Shown here piece by piece: positions 9,801 through 15,800 of a DNA stretch of 32,000 nt. Source of the stretch: Formosa sp. Hel1_33_131 (GTDB lineage: Bacteria > Bacteroidota > Bacteroidia > Flavobacteriales > Flavobacteriaceae); the NCBI RefSeq assembly GCF_001735745.1, contig NZ_CP017260.1, positions 570,001-602,000 of the forward strand. Reading direction: 5' to 3'. A program made the position numbers and the translations under genes. The notes below the pieces were generated by a model. It ran no database searches. It was not told where the DNA came from and saw only the letters and a list, made by a program, of their open reading frames with translations. Within the stretch, counting starts at the first letter, position 1, and each line of letters begins with the position of its first letter.

Positions 9801-12800
9801 TTCTAAATCTGTTGTTGCTCCATCTAAACAAACGGTTTGCGTGGCTAAAGGATCTACGCTTATGGTTGGACCTTCATTCACCTGAACTTCTGAAATTGCA
9901 CTTATCGTTTCACATCCTGATGCGTCTGTGGTTACAACACAGTAATAAAACACGGTCCCTACTGGGGTGGATTCTGGTGTGAAAACTGGATTGATATCTC
10001 CTGCTATTAAGGTGCCTCCTGTATTGGTATTGGTGGTATTTGAAAACCATTGGTAACTATAAGTACCGGTTCCTCCTGTTGCAATCACTTCTAAATCTGT
10101 GGAGGCAGTGCCTTCACATAGTTCTTGGAAAGCTAAAGGGGCTGTTAAGGTTGGATCTTCTACAACTTCAACTGTCACAACTAAACTTTCTGCCTGATCA
10201 CATCCACTGCCATCAAAATTAGCGACGGCTACAAAATGATATTGTCCAGCTGCTATGAAAACACCTGGATTAAAAGTTGTAGAATCTGTGGAGTTTGGAT
10301 GGATGCTTATTAAGGTTCCTAAAGCATCTGAAACATACCAGTCAAAGGATACTGTTCCGGTTCCACCACTAGTGCTCACTTCTATATCTGAAATACTTCC
10401 ACCTATACAAATATCTGTTGGGATAGCGGAATCAATAGTGACAACTGGATCTGGTACAACGGTAACTAGTGCACATTCTGAGGGTATTGGATCACATCCG
10501 CCATCGGCAAAAGTCAACACTACAAAATAATTGATTGAACCTACTGCTGTACTTAGCGGAGTAAAAGTGTTTGCGGTGGCTCCGAGTATTGGATTGCTTA
10601 AATCGGTGTTATCACAAGTCAAGCTTGAATACCACTGGTAGGTTGGAACACCAACTCCATTTATATGGTCTACTTCTAAATCTGTTGTTGCTCCATCTAA
10701 ACAAACGGTTTGCGTGGCTAAAGGATCTACGCTTATGGTTGGACCTTCATTCACCTGAACTTCTGAAATTGCACTTATCGTTTCACATCCTGATGCGTCT
10801 GTGGTTACGACGCAGTAATAAAACACGGTCCCTGCTGGGGTGGTTTCTGGTGTGAAAACTGGATTGATAGCTAATGCTATTAAGGTGCCGCCTGTATTTG
10901 TATTGGTCGTATTTGAAAACCATTGGTAACTATAAGTACCGGTTCCTCCTGTTGCAATCACTTCTAAATCTGTGGATGCAGTGCCTTCACATAATTCTTG
11001 AAAAACTAAAGGTGCTGTTAACGTTGGGTCTTCTACAACTTCTACTGTCACAACTAAACTTTGTGCCTGATCACATCCACTGCCATCAAAATTAGCGACG
11101 GCTACAAAATGATATTGTCCTGCTGTTGTAAAAACGCCTGGATTAAAAGTTGCTGAATCTGTGGAGTTTGGATGGATGCTTGTTAAGGTTCCTAAAGTAT
11201 CTGAAATATACCAGTCAAAGGATACTGTTCCGGTTCCACCGGTGGTGCTCACTTCTATATCAGAAATGGTTCCATCAATACAGATTGATGTTGGTAGAGC
11301 AGAGTCTATAATGACCTCTGGATCTGGTACAACGGTGACTAGTGCACATTCTGAAGGTATTGGATCACATCCGCCATCGGCAAAAGTCAACACTGCAAAA
11401 TAATTGATTGAACCTACTGCTGTACTTAACGGAGTAAAAGTGTTTGCGGTGGCTCCGAGTATTGGATTGCTTAAATCGGTGTTATCACAAGTCAAGCTTG
11501 AATACCACTGGTAGGTTGGAACACCAACTCCATTTATATGGTCTACTTCTAAATCTGTTGTTGCTCCATCTAAACAAACGGTTTGCGTGGCTAAAGGATC
11601 TACGCTTATGGTTGGACCTTCATTCACCTGAACTTCTGAAATTGCACTTATCGTTTCACATCCTGATGCGTCTGTGGTTACGACGCAGTAATAAAACACG
11701 GTCCCTGCTGGGGTGGTTTCTGGTGTGAAAACTGGATTGATAGCTAATGCTATTAAGGTGCCGCCTGTATTTGTATTGGTCGTATTTGAAAACCATTGGT
11801 AACTATAAGTACCGGTTCCTCCTGTTGCAATCACTTCTAAATCTGTGGAGGCAGTGCCTTCACATAATTCTTGGAAAGCTAAAGGTGCTGTTAACGTTGG
11901 GTCTTCTACAACTTCTACTGTCACAACTAAACTTTCTTTCGAATTACAACCATTGCCATCAAAATTAGCGACGGCTACAAAATGATATTGTCCTGCTGTT
12001 GTAAAAACGCCTGGATTAAAAGTTGCTGAATCTGTGGAGTTTGGATGGATGCTTGTTAAGGTTCCTGAAATATCTGAAATATACCACTCGAAGGATCTTG
12101 TCCCTGCACCACCCGCTGTGCTCACTTCTATATCTGGAATACTTCCACCTATACAGATCGCTGTTGGTGCAACAGAAATAATATTAACTAGCGGATCTGG
12201 AAAAACCGTGATTGTATGAACTGTAGGGGTTCCAGGACAAACAGCTCCTCCTGTTGTGGAGGCTATAACTTCAATCTCAATAGCGATGGGAGTTACTCCA
12301 AAATTAGTGACCGTAAATGATGGGATCGCATTCGTATTCCCAGTAATTGGATCTGTTCCATCTAAAGCAGCGGCGCCACTTACAACATTCCATTGGTACG
12401 TTGTTGAAGGATCGGTAAGTGAACTCGCAGTGAAAGGCAGCGTTATTGCATCCGAACATACGTCTTGAGTGTCTAAAGTTAAGGTGACTGTTGGAGATGG
12501 ATTGATGGTAATATCAAAGAGTTTTGAAAAACCTACACAGCCATTAAAACTTGGTGTAAATTCGTAAGTCAGTGTGTAAGCAGCAGTTCCAGAATTTAAA
12601 ATAGTGGTTCCTACTAAAGCCTGCGTTATATCTGTTGGGTAACCCGTTACTGTGGTTGGGATCATTCCAACATCTAATAATACCCACTCATAAACGGTAC
12701 CAATAACATCTGCATCAAGGATTGGTGTTGTAAAAGCAGTGCCGCCACAAATCGTTTGGGGGGCAATTGGAATCATTATTGGTAAAGGATCTACAGTGAG

Positions 12801-15800
12801 CGTATAAGTAAACGGTGTTCCATCACATCCATCAAAATTTGGTGTTACAATGTAATCAATATTGGTCGTTACAATAGCTGTAATATCTACAGTCATTGCA
12901 GATAAATTTCCTGTCCCAACAGTTTCCAGTCCGGTTGTGCCAGCAGGTACTGTACTTGCATCCAACACCCAATTGTAAACGACAGCCAATGCCGCATTTG
13001 TATTTTCCCAAACAACCTCTGCGGAAATATCTCCGCTACACAATGTTTGTGAAGTTTCTGTATTGGTAATTGCAATTACAGGGTTTATAAAAATGGTATA
13101 TAAGAAAGGATCTCCTGCACAACCTAAGGAAGTAGGAATGACTTCATAAACCAATTCACCTATAGTATTAGATGAGTTTGATAATAATGTAAATACTGGT
13201 AAATCTCCAGTACCTGGATCTGTTAAATGTCCTGAAATACCGGCAGTCGCAGACACAAATGTCCAGTTGTATTCGGTTGGAGTTCCATTCACAATTGAGC
13301 TTGTCCATTCCACCGGAGTTGACGGCTCTTGTGAACAAATCGTTTGACTGTTTTCAGTATTTGTAATTTGTGGTGATGGATTAATTGTGATTGTAAACAC
13401 TTGTTGAACTCCGTCACATTCAACCGTCGGATCTGTCGCATTTGAAAAAATGGGCTCCACAGTCACAGTTGCTATAATAGGATCATTTGTAGTATTTATT
13501 GCAATAAATGAAGGAATTGCGCCGGTATCTGCCAAAGGTGCTAAACCAATATTGGTATCAATCGTCCATTCGTAAGTAGTGTTTCCTGTAACTAAAGGAG
13601 TTGAAAACGTAATTTCAGGAGTCGTTTCTCCATTACAAAAAACAACATTATTTACTGCATCCATTTCGGCTGCAGGATTCACCGTAATTGTATAAAATAC
13701 GGGACTTCCTAAACAAGCTCCCGCAGAAGTGGTAACCGCCTCAGCACTAAAAATTAAATCGACTGGAGTGGATCCAGAATTACTAAGGTTAAAGGCAGGA
13801 ATTACAATCGTCCCCGCAGTTGTTGTGATTCCTGTAATCGCAGGATATAAAGTTGGATCTATAGTCCATGAAATATCCACTGGAGCAGTTTCTGAATCTA
13901 AATTCACTTGAACCGAAGTCCCTCCAGAACAAACACTTTGATCTAGAATATCAAAATCAACACTAGGTGCTGGCTCCACGGTGATATCAAAGAATTTTGA
14001 CGGGCCTACACAACCATTAAAACTTGGTGTAAATTCGTAAGTCAGTGTGTAAGCATCATCTCCTGAATTAAAAATAGTAGTTCCTACTAAAGCTTGCGTT
14101 GGATCTGTTGGATAGCCTGTTATTGTGGCTGGGATCATTGCAACATTTAATAATATCCAATTATAATCGGTCCCTGCAACATCCGCTCCAAGAACTGGTG
14201 TTGTAAAAGCAGTCCCTCCACAAATCGTTTGAGAGTCAATTGGATCCATTATTGGTCGCGGATCTACATCCACACTTATTGTGAATGGTAGCCCTTCGCA
14301 ATTACCTTGATCTCCCGAAGTTGGTGTCACTGTGTACACCACTGTTTGAGTTACAATTGATGTGTTTGTTAAAGTCTGACTTATAGAGGTTTGAGCTGTA
14401 GCTTCGTCAGAATAGCCAGTCACCAACCCATTTGCATCGACCACAGTCCATGTATAAGTTGTATTTACTGGAACAATATCGCTAAGAGATGAACCTCCAT
14501 CATTGGTTGGGATTACAGTAAAAGCTGTACCTGAGCAAATCGCTCCAAAGTTAACGGGTTGTATGACAGGTTCAGGATTTACTTGTACTGTCACTGTAAA
14601 AACTTCACCAACACAAAAACCATCAGCGCCAGAAGTTGGAGTGACCGTATAAATGACAGTCTGAACTATATTTGTTAGATTGATAAGTGCATGACTTATA
14701 TCCGTTTGAGGGTCTGTTTCATCTAAGTCGCCAACAACGTTTGGATTATCAACTACCGTCCAAGTATAGGTTGTATCTGCTGGTATGATCGTTGTGGGTG
14801 GATTATTTAAAGGAGTGACCGTAAAAATTTCAGATGAGCAAATCTCAGCCGTTTGATTTGGAATCACTGGCGCAGGATTTACCGTAAAAGTTACAATAAA
14901 AGGATCTCCGACACAAGCACCTACATCTCCTGAAGTTGGTGTCACTGTATAGACCAACGTTTGAGGGACATCTGAAATATTTATTAGGGTTTGACTTATA
15001 GATGTTTGCCCTATAGTTTGGTCAGAATCACCTGTTACCAAACCATTCGCATCCACTACCGTCCATGTATAGGTGGTACCTGCAGGAACAATATCGCTAT
15101 TCGTATCGCCTTGACCGTCTATTGGAAATACAACAAAATTAAAGTTTGAGCAGAACGGTGCGTGAGTAAAGGGATCCATAAATGGTTTTGGATTGACACT
15201 CACTGTGAGCGTGAAATCTTCACCAACACAAAAACCATCAGCACCAGAAGTTGGCGTGACAATATAATCAACTGTTTGAACCGTGTTCGTTGTATTGGTA
15301 AGTGTTTGGCTTATAGAAGTTTGAGGAGTTGTTTCATCTAACTCCCCTTCAACGTTTGGATTATCAACTACCGTCCATATATAAGTTGTATCTGTTGGTA
15401 CGATCGTTGTGGGTGGATTATTTGTAGGATTGACCGTAAAAGTTTCATCTGAGCAAATCTCATCCGTTTGATTTGGAATCACTGGAGCAGGATTCACCGT
15501 AAAAGTTACAATAAAAGGATCTCCGACACAAGCACCTACATCTCCTGAAGTTGGTGTCACTGTATAGACCAACGTTTGAGGGACATCTGAAATATTTATT
15601 AAGTTTTGACTTATAGACGTTTGACCTATTGTTACATCAGAATCGCCAGTTACCAAACCATTTACATCAACTACCGTCCATGTATAGGTGGTACCTACTG
15701 GAACAATATCGCTATTCGTATTGCCTTGACCGTCTATTGGTAATACAATAAAAGTAAAGTTTGAACAGAACGGTGCGTGAGTAAAGGGATCCATAAATGG

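Noticed and set aside
9439-12219. Families of near-identical plus-strand ORFs (for example 94 aa at 9698/10571/11444, and 73 aa at 10874/11747) that could look like a repeated small-gene array.
   Set aside because: They lie antisense to the uninterrupted 4,886-aa ORF and recur with exactly the 873-bp period of its internal tandem repeat. Their low-complexity L/R/H/W-rich sequences are typical of antisense translation of a T/V/D-rich gene. They are artefacts of the repeat, not genes.
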